Shown: positions 22,916 through 32,796 of the stretch, piece after piece
How the letters are laid out: each line of letters starts with the position of its first letter
Position numbering within the stretch: the stretch's first letter is position 1
From: a virus
Taxonomy: Duplodnaviria; Heunggongvirae; Uroviricota; Caudoviricetes
IMG/VR virus record: IMGVR_UViG_2563366929_000005
Direction: 5' to 3' (one strand)
DNA: 39,640 nt
The notes under the pieces: model-generated
Told to the model about the DNA's origin: nothing
The model's input: the letters and a program-made list of their open reading frames with translations, nothing else
Databases searched by the model: none
Program-made: the position numbers and the translations under genes

Positions 22916-24133
22916 ATGAAACTTCATGAGATGAAGCAAAAACGAAACACCATTGCAAAGGATATGCGTGCACTGCATGAAAAAATTGGTGATAACGCAT
23001 GGACTGATGAGCAACGGGCAGAGTGGAACAGGGCGAAAGCTGAGCTGGATGCGCTGGATGAGCAAATCGCCCGTGAAGAAGAGTTGCGCCGTCAGGATCA
23101 GGCATATGTGGATGAGTCCGGGCCGGAAGAGCGCCAGAATAATGAGGCGGAGAACGGGAAAAAGGCGGTGGAAGAGAAGCGCGCTGCGGCATTTAACCGT
23201 TTTCTGCGTGCCGGATTTGCAGAACTGAATGCTGAAGAGCGTAATCTGATGCGTGAACTGCGGGCTCAGAGTGTAACAACGGATTCTCAGGGCGGATATA
23301 CGGTGCCCACGCAGATGCGTAACAAAATCATTGACACCATGAAGGCTTATGGCGGGATTGCCAGTGTGGCGCAACTTCTGACCACATCAACCGGGCAGGA
23401 TATCACCTGGTCAACGTCTGATGGCACGACTGAAGAGGGCGAACTGCTGGCGGAAAATACAGCCGCAACGGAACAGGATGTGACGTTCGGGACCGCTATT
23501 CTGGGGGCTAAAAAGCTGTCATCAAAAATAATTCGTGTGTCCAATGAGCTGCTCCAGGACAGTGGGGTGGATATTGAATCTTATCTGGCAAACCGTATTG
23601 CCCAGCGTATTGGTCGTGGAGAGGCAAAATATCTGGTTCAGGGGACCGGAACGGGATCACCGTTACAGCCAAAAGGGCTGGCAGCGTCGGTGACGGGAAC
23701 CATCCAGACTGCAGCCTCTGCCGCTTTCACCTGGAAAGAAATGAATGCCCTGAAACATGCCATTGATCCGGCATATCGTGGTGGGCCGAAATACCGCTGG
23801 GCATTCAATGATGCCACATTGCAGACTATTGAAGAGATGGAGGATGGACAGAAACGCCCGTTATGGCTGCCGGATATTGCAGGCGGTACGCCGGCTACTG
23901 TGCTGGGGATCCCTTATGTTATTGATCAGGCTATTGACGGGATTGGTACCGGAAAAAAATTCATTTTCCTGGGGGATTTCAACCGCTTTATCATTCGCCG
24001 CGTTACTTATATGGAACTGAAACGTCTGGTTGAGCGTTATGCTGAGTTTGATCAGGTGGCATTTCTGGCTTTCCATCGTTTTGACTGTGTGCTGGAAGAT
24101 GTGGCAGCCATCAAGGCGCTCACTGGCAAATAA
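22916..24133 (+). CDS. Major capsid protein (HK97 fold) with an N-terminal delta/scaffold domain
   Basis: 405 aa. A coiled-coil delta domain of about 100 aa precedes the capsid core. Confidence 0.95.
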   Translation: MKLHEMKQKRNTIAKDMRALHEKIGDNAWTDEQRAEWNRAKAELDALDEQIAREEELRRQDQAYVDESGPEERQNNEAENGKKAVEEKRAAAFNRFLRAGFAELNAEERNLMRELRAQSVTTDSQGGYTVPTQMRNKIIDTMKAYGGIASVAQLLTTSTGQDITWSTSDGTTEEGELLAENTAATEQDVTFGTAILGAKKLSSKIIRVSNELLQDSGVDIESYLANRIAQRIGRGEAKYLVQGTGTGSPLQPKGLAASVTGTIQTAASAAFTWKEMNALKHAIDPAYRGGPKYRWAFNDATLQTIEEMEDGQKRPLWLPDIAGGTPATVLGIPYVIDQAIDGIGTGKKFIFLGDFNRFIIRRVTYMELKRLVERYAEFDQVAFLAFHRFDCVLEDVAAIKALTGK

Positions 24134-24154
24134 CCACTCGTTGTTCAGTTACAG

Positions 24155-24177
24155 ACCGCGCCGACGCGGTTTTTTTA
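24155..24177 (+). terminator. Terminator-like hairpin after the capsid gene
   Basis: ACCGCG-CCGA-CGCGGT hairpin followed by a T7 run. Confidence 0.6.
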
Positions 24178-24209
24178 TGCCCGCACAGTGTTGCGGGCAG
24201 GAGTTTCTG

Positions 24210-24527
24210 ATGGCAGCAATAGTGGAAAAACTCAGGGCGCAGTGCCGTATTGATACAGATGATGCAACTGATGATGAGTTACTGATGCTGTATTTCCGGG
24301 CTGCCTGCCGCAAGGCAGAAAATTTTATCAACCGTAAGCTTTATGAGGAGACGGTGCCAGAAGGTGATCCTGAAGGGGTGCTTATAGCTGATGATGTTTT
24401 GCTGGCGCTCATGTTGCTGGTCGGGCACTGGTACGAAAACCGGGAAAATTCCTCAGATGTCAGCAAGGCACCAGTCCCGTTTGGTTTTTCTTCTCTTCTG
24501 GAGCCTTATCGTTTTATTCCTTTGTAG
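24210..24527 (+). CDS. Head-tail connector (gp6-like)
   Basis: 105 aa counted from MAAIVEKLRAQCRID, with a GCAGGAG Shine-Dalgarno. The pattern ..LK..lRid...dD..l..li.aA is typical of gp6-like connectors. The upstream part of the track ORF is rejected. Confidence 0.8.
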   Translation: MAAIVEKLRAQCRIDTDDATDDELLMLYFRAACRKAENFINRKLYEETVPEGDPEGVLIADDVLLALMLLVGHWYENRENSSDVSKAPVPFGFSSLLEPYRFIPL

Positions 24528-24535
24528 GAGGAGAC

Positions 24536-24874
24536 ATGCAGGCGGGCAGATTACGTGATCGCGTAATTATTCTGAATGTCACCACCGCCCGCTCTCCGTC
24601 AGGGCATCCGGTGGAGACGGTGACGGAGGGAGCTACCGTATGGGCAGAAGTTAAGGGTATCAGCGGGAGGGAGATAATCTCAGGCGGAGCAGAAACCGCT
24701 CAGGCTACGGTCAGAGTCTGGATGAGATTCCGGCGCGATGTGACAGCGACTTCACGTCTGAAAGTGCTGACCGGTGCATTCAAAGGCGCGATTCTGGGTA
24801 TAGAAGGTCCACCAATACCGGATGCACGCGCTACCCGGCTTGAAATGCTCTGCAGCCTGAAGGGAAATGTGTGA
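24536..24874 (+). CDS. Head closure / head-tail adaptor protein
   Basis: 112 aa. MQAGRLRDRVIIL.........G.......WAEV.. is the typical head-tail joining family pattern. Confidence 0.8.
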   Translation: MQAGRLRDRVIILNVTTARSPSGHPVETVTEGATVWAEVKGISGREIISGGAETAQATVRVWMRFRRDVTATSRLKVLTGAFKGAILGIEGPPIPDARATRLEMLCSLKGNV

Positions 24875-25320
24875 TGGATTTCAGTCTTGATTTTTCCGGC
24901 CTGGCGGATATTGCACGGGATTTGGAGGCGCTCAGCAGGGCAGAAAACAATAAGGTTCTGCGCGATGCCACCCGTGCCGGTGCTGAAGTTATGCGGGATG
25001 CAGTTGTTGAACGTGCGCCGGAGCGAACCGGGAAACTGAAGAAAAATGTGGTTGTTCTCACTCAGCGTTCAAAGCGTCGGGGGGAAATTATCTCGGGTGT
25101 CCACATTCGCGGACGGAACCTGCGAACCGGAAACAGTGATAACAGCATGAAAGCCAGCGATCCCCGAAATGCATTTTACTGGCGCTTTGTGGAGCTGGGA
25201 ACGATAAACATGCCCGCGCATCCATTCATTCGTCCGGCTTTCGATACGACAGAGGAGCTGGCGGCGCAGGTTGCCATACAGCGAATGAATCAGGCTATTG
25301 ATGAGGTCTTAAGTAAATGA
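24874..25320 (+). CDS. HK97 gp10-family tail-proximal protein
   Basis: The ATG overlaps the upstream TGA. ..RAPERTGKLKKN...YWRFVELGT..MPAHPFIRPAF is the gp10-family signature. Confidence 0.85.
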   Translation: MDFSLDFSGLADIARDLEALSRAENNKVLRDATRAGAEVMRDAVVERAPERTGKLKKNVVVLTQRSKRRGEIISGVHIRGRNLRTGNSDNSMKASDPRNAFYWRFVELGTINMPAHPFIRPAFDTTEELAAQVAIQRMNQAIDEVLSK

Positions 25321-25661
25321 GGGAGGGCACACTGTATTCCCTGTTGTCTCAGCTGGCCGGAGGACAGGTTTATCCTTATGTGGTCCCGCTGACGGAGGGA
25401 AAGCCTGCGGTATCTCCGCCGTGGCTGGTGTTTTCTGTGGTGTCTGACACGGCATCTGATGTGCTTGATGGGCAGGCTGAATCCAGAATTACCGTGCAGA
25501 TCGATGTCTGGGCGACAGTACCTGATGACGCAGATAATATTCGTGAGCAGGCGCTTGATGCGGTAAGAAAACTGGCACCCTCCGTTATTTCTAAAACGCA
25601 GGGGTATGATCCTGACTCCCGTCTGAGCAGAGCCACGCTTGAATTTCAGGTAATAGCCTGA
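25317..25661 (+). CDS. Tail completion/terminator-type protein (DUF3168-like)
   Basis: 114 aa with an ATGA overlap. ..VYPYVVP......P.lVFSVVSD is a DUF3168-like pattern. The gene lies directly upstream of the tube gene. Confidence 0.7.
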   Translation: MREGTLYSLLSQLAGGQVYPYVVPLTEGKPAVSPPWLVFSVVSDTASDVLDGQAESRITVQIDVWATVPDDADNIREQALDAVRKLAPSVISKTQGYDPDSRLSRATLEFQVIA

Positions 25662-25720
25662 GGTCGTTAATGATTTACCCACCCGCCGCTGGCGGGTTTT
25701 TTTATTTTCAGGAGACGAGT

Positions 25721-26425
25721 ATGTCCTCTAATTTTGAGCGTTCGCAACTGACGAAAATTATGATTTCGTCTGCACCGGTAACAGCAGAAACCCTGGATTC
25801 TGCCAGCTATCTTGGCCTGAGCTGTACAATCAAAGAGGTGCAGTTTACCGCAGGACAAAAGCAGGATATTGATGTCACCACGCTGTGTTCTGTTGAGCAG
25901 GAAAATATTAACGGCCTTGGGGCTGCTTCAGAGATTTCCATGTCAGGCAACTTTTATCTGAATGCTGCCCAGAACGCGTTGCGCAGTGCCTATGACAATG
26001 ACACCACGTATGGCTTTAAAGTTATTTTTCCGTCAGGCAACGGATTTACCTTTATGGCAGAGGTGCGTCAGCATACCTGGTCTGCAGGAACCAATGGTGT
26101 TGTGGCTGCAACGTTTTCCCTGCGTCTGAAAGGTAAACCTGTGCTGACGACAGAGCCGCTGAAAGTGAAGGTCGATTTAAAAAGCACGCTGCGGGTTTCT
26201 TCCGGAGCGAAACTTGAAATGGCGGTTGAGGCTGCGGGTGGTGTGCCGCCTTATTCTTATGCCTGGAAAAAAGGTGGTTCTCCTGTTTCCGGACAGACGG
26301 CGGCAACGTTCAGTAAGGCATCAGCAGCATCCGGTGATGCCGGTGCGTATACCTGCGAGATTTCTGATTCAGCAAGCCCTGTTAACAAGGTGACCTCCAC
26401 TTCCTGCACTGTAACCGTCAGTTAA
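25721..26425 (+). CDS. Major tail tube protein with a C-terminal Ig-like domain
   Basis: 234 aa counted from MSSNFERSQ, with a CAGGAGA Shine-Dalgarno. The upstream track codons span a terminator hairpin. The C-terminus PPYSYAWKKGG...GAYTCEISD is an Ig-like signature. Confidence 0.85.
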   Translation: MSSNFERSQLTKIMISSAPVTAETLDSASYLGLSCTIKEVQFTAGQKQDIDVTTLCSVEQENINGLGAASEISMSGNFYLNAAQNALRSAYDNDTTYGFKVIFPSGNGFTFMAEVRQHTWSAGTNGVVAATFSLRLKGKPVLTTEPLKVKVDLKSTLRVSSGAKLEMAVEAAGGVPPYSYAWKKGGSPVSGQTAATFSKASAASGDAGAYTCEISDSASPVNKVTSTSCTVTVS

Positions 26426-26811
26426 TGAGGATGGATGTGATGACTAAAAATATCCGTAATCTGGCACTGGCAACGATGTCGGGGTTTCGCCATAAAACCG
26501 TTGATGTGCCTGAATGGGAGGGAGCAACGGTTGTGTTACGGGAACCTTCTGCAGAAGCCTGGTTGCGCTGGCAGGAGATCGTTAAAGCAAAAGATGATGA
26601 GACACCGTTATCCGTTGCGGAGCGCGCCCGCCGAAATCTGGAGGCAGATGTTGAACTGTTCATTGATGTTCTGTGTGATACCGGACTGCAACCCGTATTT
26701 TCAGAGGATGATCGTGAACAGGTGATTGCCGTGTATGGCCCGGTGCATGCGCGGCTTCTTCGGCAGTCTCTGGAACTGATCAGTGATGCCGGCGAGGTTA
26801 AAAAAAAGTAG
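26425..26811 (+). CDS. G: Tail assembly chaperone G-like
   Basis: 128 aa (an alternative start at 26440 has a better Shine-Dalgarno). The gene ends in the slippery run GTT AAA AAA AAG TAG. Confidence 0.8.
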   Translation: MRMDVMTKNIRNLALATMSGFRHKTVDVPEWEGATVVLREPSAEAWLRWQEIVKAKDDETPLSVAERARRNLEADVELFIDVLCDTGLQPVFSEDDREQVIAVYGPVHARLLRQSLELISDAGEVKKK

Positions 26812-27113
26812 CGCTTCCGGGGATGCGTTTTCTGATGATGCTGGCGCTCAGGATGGGGCGCACATTGTCAGAGTTACGCCGGGAAATGTCCGCATCAGAA
26901 ATCATGATGTGGGCAGAATTTGACAGGTTCAGCCCGCTGGGTGACGAGCGGGCTGATATCCGGGCTGCCCAGATTGTTTCAGCTGTTTACGGTGCGCAGG
27001 GGGTCAAAGTGCCACTGAATGATGCGCTTCTTCAGTGGGAGCAGGAGCAGACAGAAGGCGTCTCAGATCCATTTGCCGGACTGGAAAACGCGCTTTTAAT
27101 AGTGTCTCAGTGA
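26425..27113 (+). CDS. Tail assembly chaperone GT-like fusion made by a programmed -1 frameshift
   Basis: An A8 run lies at 26800-26807. The -1 frame is open from 26805 (K V A L P G M R F L..) through to the stop at 27111-27113. The arrangement is conserved upstream of the tape measure gene. Confidence 0.7.
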
Positions 27114-27153
27114 GTCAACATAACCGCTTCGGCGGTTTTTTTTCGTCCGGAGA

Positions 27154-30100
27154 ATGAGTGTGGCGACATTACGTGAACTGATTATTAAAATCTCGGCAAA
27201 TTCCCGGTCATTCCAGTCAGAGATCTCCCGGGCTTCGCGTATGGGGCAGGATTACTACCGTACCATGCAGAACGGAGGCCGACAGTCCGCTGCTGCATCC
27301 CGTGAAATGCGGCGTGCACTGGCAGAAGTGACGGATCAGATAAATACAGCTAAATCTTCGGCACTGAACATGGCGGGGGCATTTGCCGGGGCTTTTGCTA
27401 CCGGTCATCTTATTTCTCTCGCCGATGAGTGGAATTCAGTAAATGCCCGTCTGAAGCAGGCCTCACAGTCCAGTGATGATTTTCAGTCATCACAGCGTGA
27501 ATTAATGGCGATCAGCCAGAGAACGGGGACGGCTTTTTCTGATAACGCCAGCCTTTTTGCCCGCTCTGCAGCTTCCATGCGGGAGTATGGTTACAGTTCT
27601 GAGGAGGTACTGAAAGTCACCGAGGCGATCTCCACGGGCCTGAAATTATCCGGTGCCAGTACAGCAGAAGCCAGTTCGGTGATCACGCAGTTCAGTCAGG
27701 CTCTGGCGCAGGGAGTGCTGCGCGGTGAAGAGTTTAACTCGGTGAATGAGAACGGCGATCGTGTTATTCGTGCTCTGGCTGCGGGAATGGGAGTTGCCCG
27801 TAAGGATCTGAAGGCCATGGCGGATAACGGAAAGTTGACCGCCGATAAGGTTGTTCCTGCACTGATTAGTCAGCTTGGGGCATTACGTGATGAATATGCG
27901 GCAATGCCTGATACGGTTTCATCCTCTGCAACCAAAGTTGAAAACGCCTTTATGGCCTGGGTTGGTGGTGCGAACGAGGCAAGCGGAGTGACGAAGACGC
28001 TCTCCGGTGTGCTGAATGGTATTGCAGGCAATATTGACACCGTGGCAACCGCTGCCGGTGCTCTGGTTGCCGTCGGGGTAGCCCGATATTTTGGCAATAT
28101 GGCGTCGTCTGCTGGATCTGCAACTGCCGGATTAATTACTGCAGCCAGAAACGAAGTGGCTCTTGCTGAAGTGCAACTTCGGGGGACACAGATAGCAACC
28201 GCCAGGGCGCGTGCGGCGGTTTATCGTGCGCAACAGGCGGTTGTTGCTGCTCGCGGTACCGAAAGGCAGGCCGCAGCAGAAGCGAAGCTGACAGCTGCCC
28301 AGGTGTCACTTACCCGTAATATTGCGGCCAGAACAGCGGCACAGACAACGCTGAATAATGTTACGTCAGTGGGGAGTCGTTTATTAAGTGGCGCGCTGGG
28401 GCTGGTTGGTGGTGTGCCGGGACTCGTCATGCTGGGGGCTGCGGCCTGGTACACGATGTATCAGAATCAGGAGCAGGCCAGAGAATCTGCACGCCAGTAT
28501 GCCGCAACAATCGACGAAATTCGCCAGAAAACGTCGGCAATGTCGCTTCCTGAAGCGTCAGATAATGAGGAAAAGACGCGACAGGCACTGAAGGAGCAAA
28601 ACAGGTTAATTGACGAGCAGAAAAGTAAGATTAAATCCTTACAGGAAAAAATTGCTGGCTATCAGTATGTGCTGGCAAACCCGGGCTGGACAACCGATAA
28701 CGGTTTTATGATTAACCACATGACGTCGGTAAAAACTGTCACAGAAGGGCTTGCAGAAGCAACAAATCAACTGGCAGTTGAACAGTCTCGCCTCACTCAA
28801 ATGCAGGGCAAAGCGCAATCCATTCAGGATGTGCTTGCCGGGCTGGAGGAGCGACGGGTGGCGTTGATCCGTCAACAGGCAGCGGAACAAAACAAAGCGT
28901 ATCAGTCCCTGTTGATCATGAATGGGCAGCATACCGAGTTTAATCGCCTTCTCGGGCTCGGTAATGAATTACTTCAGCAGCGACAGGGGCTGGTGAATGT
29001 ACCGTTACGGCTACCACAGGCAACCCTGGATGATAAACAGCAGACCGCACTGAATAACAGCGAGCGCGAACTGGCTCTGTCCCGCCTGAAGGGGGAAGCT
29101 CGTGAGCGTGCCCGCCTGGGTTATGCTGCGGATGATCTCGGCTTTGTGGGAGAGGCGTATCAGACAGCAAGACTGAATTATATAAATAACTCACTGGATG
29201 CATGGCGAAATAACCAGGCAAATAAACCCAAAGCGCATAAAAAGACCGAAGCGGAAAAAACAGAGGATATTTATAAACGGCTGATTAAACAGCAAAAAGA
29301 ACAGATAGCACTGGCAGGGCAGAATACTGAACTGGCTAAGATGAAATATCAGGTCAGTCAGGGCGAATTATCAACCCTGTCAGAAGCGCAGAAAAAAACG
29401 CTTTTGCAGAATGCAGCACTTATCGACCAGAAAAAGATTCGTGAGCAGCTTGCTGCGTATGAGAGCAGTCTGGCGGACAGTAATGCCAGTGTCAGAGCAT
29501 CAAATGAGGCTCAGTTACTGGGATATGGTGAAGGCTCACGGATGCGTGAACGACTTCAGGAAATGTGGAGCATCCGGCAGGAGTTTGAGCAGAAAAATAA
29601 CGAGCTACTGAGACAGTATCAGGCCGGAGAAATTGAAGAAGCCCTGTGGAAACAGGAGAAAGAGCTGAATAAAAAATATCTGGAAGAGCGTCTCAGCGAT
29701 CAGCAGGATTATTATGCAAAGGCTGATGCTTTACGCAGTAACTGGAATGCCGGGCTCAAAGAGGGGCTGACGAACTGGGCAGACAGTGCCACCGATTATG
29801 CTTCGCAGGCGGCAGATGCTGTCGTTTCCACGATGGACGGGCTGGTATCAAATATTTCCGATGCACTGGCCGGGAATGTTGTGGACTGGAGGAACTGGGG
29901 GAGTTCAGTTCTCCGGGAAGTTTCAAAAATTCTGATGAATGCAGCCATTGTTAACGGACTGAAATCACTCTCCGGTGCCGGAGGGTGGCTTGGTACGGTC
30001 GGCGGATGGATTTCGGGGGCAGTGGCAAACGCAAAAGGTGGTGTTTACACATCGGCAAATCTGAGTGCGTACAGCAACAGCATTGTGGACACGCCCACGT

Positions 30101-30387
30101 ACTTTGCGTTTGCAAAAGGGGCCGGGCTGATGGGGGAAGCCGGACCTGAAGCCATTATGCCCCTGACCCGGGCGGCGGATGGCTCGCTGGGCGTACGCGC
30201 GGTGGGCAGTATGAACGGCAGTGCCGGTCTGGTGTATTCCCCGGTCTACCACATCGCCATTCAGAATGACGGGGCTAACGGACAGATAGGGCCGGAGGCG
30301 GCAGGCAGTCTTGTGCAGCTGATTGACCAGCGGGTGCAGGCGGTGATGCTGTCCATGCGACGTGACGGAGGAATGCTGAGTGGCTGA
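27154..30387 (+). CDS. H: Tail tape measure protein
   Basis: 1077 aa, alanine- and coiled-coil-rich, with Gly-rich hydrophobic stretches. It lies between the chaperones and M. Confidence 0.95.
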   Translation: MSVATLRELIIKISANSRSFQSEISRASRMGQDYYRTMQNGGRQSAAASREMRRALAEVTDQINTAKSSALNMAGAFAGAFATGHLISLADEWNSVNARLKQASQSSDDFQSSQRELMAISQRTGTAFSDNASLFARSAASMREYGYSSEEVLKVTEAISTGLKLSGASTAEASSVITQFSQALAQGVLRGEEFNSVNENGDRVIRALAAGMGVARKDLKAMADNGKLTADKVVPALISQLGALRDEYAAMPDTVSSSATKVENAFMAWVGGANEASGVTKTLSGVLNGIAGNIDTVATAAGALVAVGVARYFGNMASSAGSATAGLITAARNEVALAEVQLRGTQIATARARAAVYRAQQAVVAARGTERQAAAEAKLTAAQVSLTRNIAARTAAQTTLNNVTSVGSRLLSGALGLVGGVPGLVMLGAAAWYTMYQNQEQARESARQYAATIDEIRQKTSAMSLPEASDNEEKTRQALKEQNRLIDEQKSKIKSLQEKIAGYQYVLANPGWTTDNGFMINHMTSVKTVTEGLAEATNQLAVEQSRLTQMQGKAQSIQDVLAGLEERRVALIRQQAAEQNKAYQSLLIMNGQHTEFNRLLGLGNELLQQRQGLVNVPLRLPQATLDDKQQTALNNSERELALSRLKGEARERARLGYAADDLGFVGEAYQTARLNYINNSLDAWRNNQANKPKAHKKTEAEKTEDIYKRLIKQQKEQIALAGQNTELAKMKYQVSQGELSTLSEAQKKTLLQNAALIDQKKIREQLAAYESSLADSNASVRASNEAQLLGYGEGSRMRERLQEMWSIRQEFEQKNNELLRQYQAGEIEEALWKQEKELNKKYLEERLSDQQDYYAKADALRSNWNAGLKEGLTNWADSATDYASQAADAVVSTMDGLVSNISDALAGNVVDWRNWGSSVLREVSKILMNAAIVNGLKSLSGAGGWLGTVGGWISGAVANAKGGVYTSANLSAYSNSIVDTPTYFAFAKGAGLMGEAGPEAIMPLTRAADGSLGVRAVGSMNGSAGLVYSPVYHIAIQNDGANGQIGPEAAGSLVQLIDQRVQAVMLSMRRDGGMLSG

Positions 30388-30721
30388 GATAAAAACGCTG
30401 CATCTGGTCCCGCGTGAAGGGATGCAGGTGAGTGAGAAACCGTCGGTGGTGAGGGTTCGGTTTGGTGACGGTTATGAACAGCGCCGCCCCACAGGACTGA
30501 ATCCTCAACTGAAGACGTTTCAGGCGGTGTTCCGGGTGACGGATGAGTCAACCCGGCGCTGGCTGGATGAATTTTTATCCTGGCATGGTGGTTACCGTGC
30601 CTTTTTGTGGCGACCGCCGAAACATAACCGGACGGTGAGGGTGGTGTGTCGGGAGTGGAGCGTCACGGATAACGCCCGGTACAGTGATTTCAGCTGTACG
30701 ATTGAGCAGGTGGTGAACTGA
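30380..30721 (+). CDS. M: Minor tail protein M
   Basis: 113 aa with a GTG start, lambda M-like (..VRFGDGYEQR...F....W..FL..H.G...F.W..P). Confidence 0.9.
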   Translation: MAEIKTLHLVPREGMQVSEKPSVVRVRFGDGYEQRRPTGLNPQLKTFQAVFRVTDESTRRWLDEFLSWHGGYRAFLWRPPKHNRTVRVVCREWSVTDNARYSDFSCTIEQVVN

Positions 30722-31419
30722 TGCAGGATATCCGACAGGAAACACTGAATGAATGCACCCGTGCGGAGCAGTCTGCCAGCGTGGTGCTCTGGGAAATCGA
30801 TCTGACAGAGGTTGGTGGAGAACGTTATTTTTTCTGTAATGAGCAGAACGAAAAAGGTGAGCCGGTCACCTGGCAGGGGCGACAGTATCAGGCATATCCC
30901 ATTCAGGGGAGTGGTTTCGAACTGAATGGCAAAGGCACCAGTACGCGCCCCACGCTGACGGTTTCTAACCTGTACGGCATGGTCACCGGGATGGCGGAAG
31001 ATCTGCAGAGTCTGGTCGGCGGAACGGTGGTCCGGCGTAAGGTTTACGCCCGTTTTCTGGATGCGGTGAACTTCGTCAACGGAAACAGTGACGCCGATCC
31101 GGAGCAGGAGGTGATCAGCCGCTGGCGCATCGAGCAGTGCAGCGAACTGAGCGCGGTGAGTGCCTCCTTTGTACTGTCCACGCCGACTGAAACGGATGGC
31201 GCTGTTTTTCCGGGACGTATCATGCTGGCCAACACCTGCACCTGGACCTATCGCGGCGATGAGTGCGGTTATCGCGGTCCGGCGGTCGCGGATGAATATG
31301 ACCAGCCGACGTCCGATATCACGAAGGATAAATGCAGCAAATGCCTGAGCGGCTGTAAGTTTCGCAATAACGTCGGCAACTTTGGCGGCTTCCTTTCTAT
31401 TAACAAACTTTCGCAGTAA
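30721..31419 (+). CDS. L: Minor tail protein L
   Basis: 232 aa, close to lambda L, including the C-terminal Cys cluster CTWTYRGDECGY...CSKCLSGCKFR. Confidence 0.95.
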   Translation: MQDIRQETLNECTRAEQSASVVLWEIDLTEVGGERYFFCNEQNEKGEPVTWQGRQYQAYPIQGSGFELNGKGTSTRPTLTVSNLYGMVTGMAEDLQSLVGGTVVRRKVYARFLDAVNFVNGNSDADPEQEVISRWRIEQCSELSAVSASFVLSTPTETDGAVFPGRIMLANTCTWTYRGDECGYRGPAVADEYDQPTSDITKDKCSKCLSGCKFRNNVGNFGGFLSINKLSQ

Positions 31420-31423
31420 TCCC

Positions 31424-32167
31424 ATGACAGAGACAGAATCAGCGATTCTGGCGCACGCCCGGCGATGTGCGCCAGCGGAGTCGTGCGGCTTCGTAGTGAG
31501 AACGCCGGAGGGGGAAAGATATTTTCCCTGCGTGAATATCTCCGGTGAGCCGGAGGCGTATTTCCGGATGGCTCCGGAGGACTGGCTGCAGGCAGAGATG
31601 CAGGGTGAGATTGTGGCGCTGGTCCACAGCCACCCCGGTGGTCTGCCCTGGCTGAGTGAGGCCGACCGGCGGCTGCAGGTGCAGAGTGATTTGCCGTGGT
31701 GGCTGGTCTGCCGGGGGGCGATTCATAAGTTCCGCTGTGTGCCGCATCTCACCGGGCGGCGCTTTGAGCACGGGGTGACGGACTGTTACACGCTGTTCCG
31801 GGATGCTTATCATCTGGCGGGGATTGAGATGCCGGATTTTCATCGCGAGGATGACTGGTGGCGTCACGGTCAGAATCTCTATCTGGATAATCTGGAGGCC
31901 ACAGGGCTGTATCAGGTGCCGTTGTCATCAGCACAACCGGGCGATGTGCTGCTGTGCTGTTTTGGTTCATCGGTGCCGAATCATGCCGCCATTTACTGTG
32001 GTGATGGCGAGCTGCTGCACCATATTCCTGAACAACTGAGCAAACGAGAGAGGTATACCGACAAATGGCAGCGACGCACACACTCCCTCTGGCGTCACCG
32101 GGCATGGCACGCATCTGCCTTTACGGGGATTTGCAACGATTTGGCCGCCGCATCGACCTTCGTGTGA
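31424..32167 (+). CDS. K: Tail tip assembly protein K (MPN/JAB plus NlpC/P60)
   Basis: 247 aa counted from MTETESAIL. The JAB motif is HSHPGG and the NlpC/P60 Cys is in GVTDCYTLFRD. Confidence 0.95.
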   Translation: MTETESAILAHARRCAPAESCGFVVRTPEGERYFPCVNISGEPEAYFRMAPEDWLQAEMQGEIVALVHSHPGGLPWLSEADRRLQVQSDLPWWLVCRGAIHKFRCVPHLTGRRFEHGVTDCYTLFRDAYHLAGIEMPDFHREDDWWRHGQNLYLDNLEATGLYQVPLSSAQPGDVLLCCFGSSVPNHAAIYCGDGELLHHIPEQLSKRERYTDKWQRRTHSLWRHRAWHASAFTGICNDLAAASTFV

Positions 32168-32736
32168 AAACGGGGGCCGAAGCCATCCGGGCGCTGGCCA
32201 CACAGCTCCCGGCGTTTCGTCAGAAACTGAGCGACGGCTGGTATCAGGTGCGTATTGCCGGGCAGGATGTCAGCACGTCCGGATTAACGGCGCAGTTACA
32301 TGAGGCTCTGCCTGACGGCGCTGTGATTCATATTGTTCCCAGAGTCGCCGGGGCCAAGTCAGGTGGTGTATTCCAGATTGTCCTGGGAGCAGCCGCCATT
32401 GCCGGATCATTCTTTACTGCCGGAGCCACCCTTGCAGCATGGGGGGCAGCCATTGGGGCCGGTGGTATGACCGGCATCCTGTTTTCTCTCGGTGCCAGTA
32501 TGGTGCTCGGTGGTGTGGCGCAGATGCTGGCACCGAAAGCCAGAACTCCCCGTACACAGACAACGGATAACGGTAAGCAGAACACCTATTTCTCCTCACT
32601 GGATAACATGGTTGCCCAGGGCAATGTTATGCCTGTTTTGTATGGTGAAATGCGCGTGGGGTCACGTGTGGTATCTCAGGAGATCAGCACGGCAGACGAA
32701 GGGGACGGTGGTCAGGTTGTGGTGATTGGTCGATGA
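32065..32736 (+). CDS. I: Tail tip assembly protein I
   Basis: 223 aa. It overlaps the K 3' end as in lambda and has a Gly/Ala-rich hydrophobic centre. Confidence 0.9.
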   Translation: MAATHTLPLASPGMARICLYGDLQRFGRRIDLRVKTGAEAIRALATQLPAFRQKLSDGWYQVRIAGQDVSTSGLTAQLHEALPDGAVIHIVPRVAGAKSGGVFQIVLGAAAIAGSFFTAGATLAAWGAAIGAGGMTGILFSLGASMVLGGVAQMLAPKARTPRTQTTDNGKQNTYFSSLDNMVAQGNVMPVLYGEMRVGSRVVSQEISTADEGDGGQVVVIGR

Positions 32737-32796
32737 TGCAAAATATTTTATGTGAAACCGCCTGCAGGCGGTTTTGTCGTTTATGGAGCATGACGA

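Noticed and set aside
25670-25720. The upstream extension of the tube-protein ORF (MIYPPAAGGFFYFQETS).
   Set aside because: These codons are the terminator hairpin CCCGCC/GGCGGG plus its T-run. The real start at 25721 has a GGAGA Shine-Dalgarno.
30592-31425. A 277-aa ORF antisense to the M and L tail genes.
   Set aside because: It is a shadow of strongly lambda-like M and L coding sequence and has no independent start signals.
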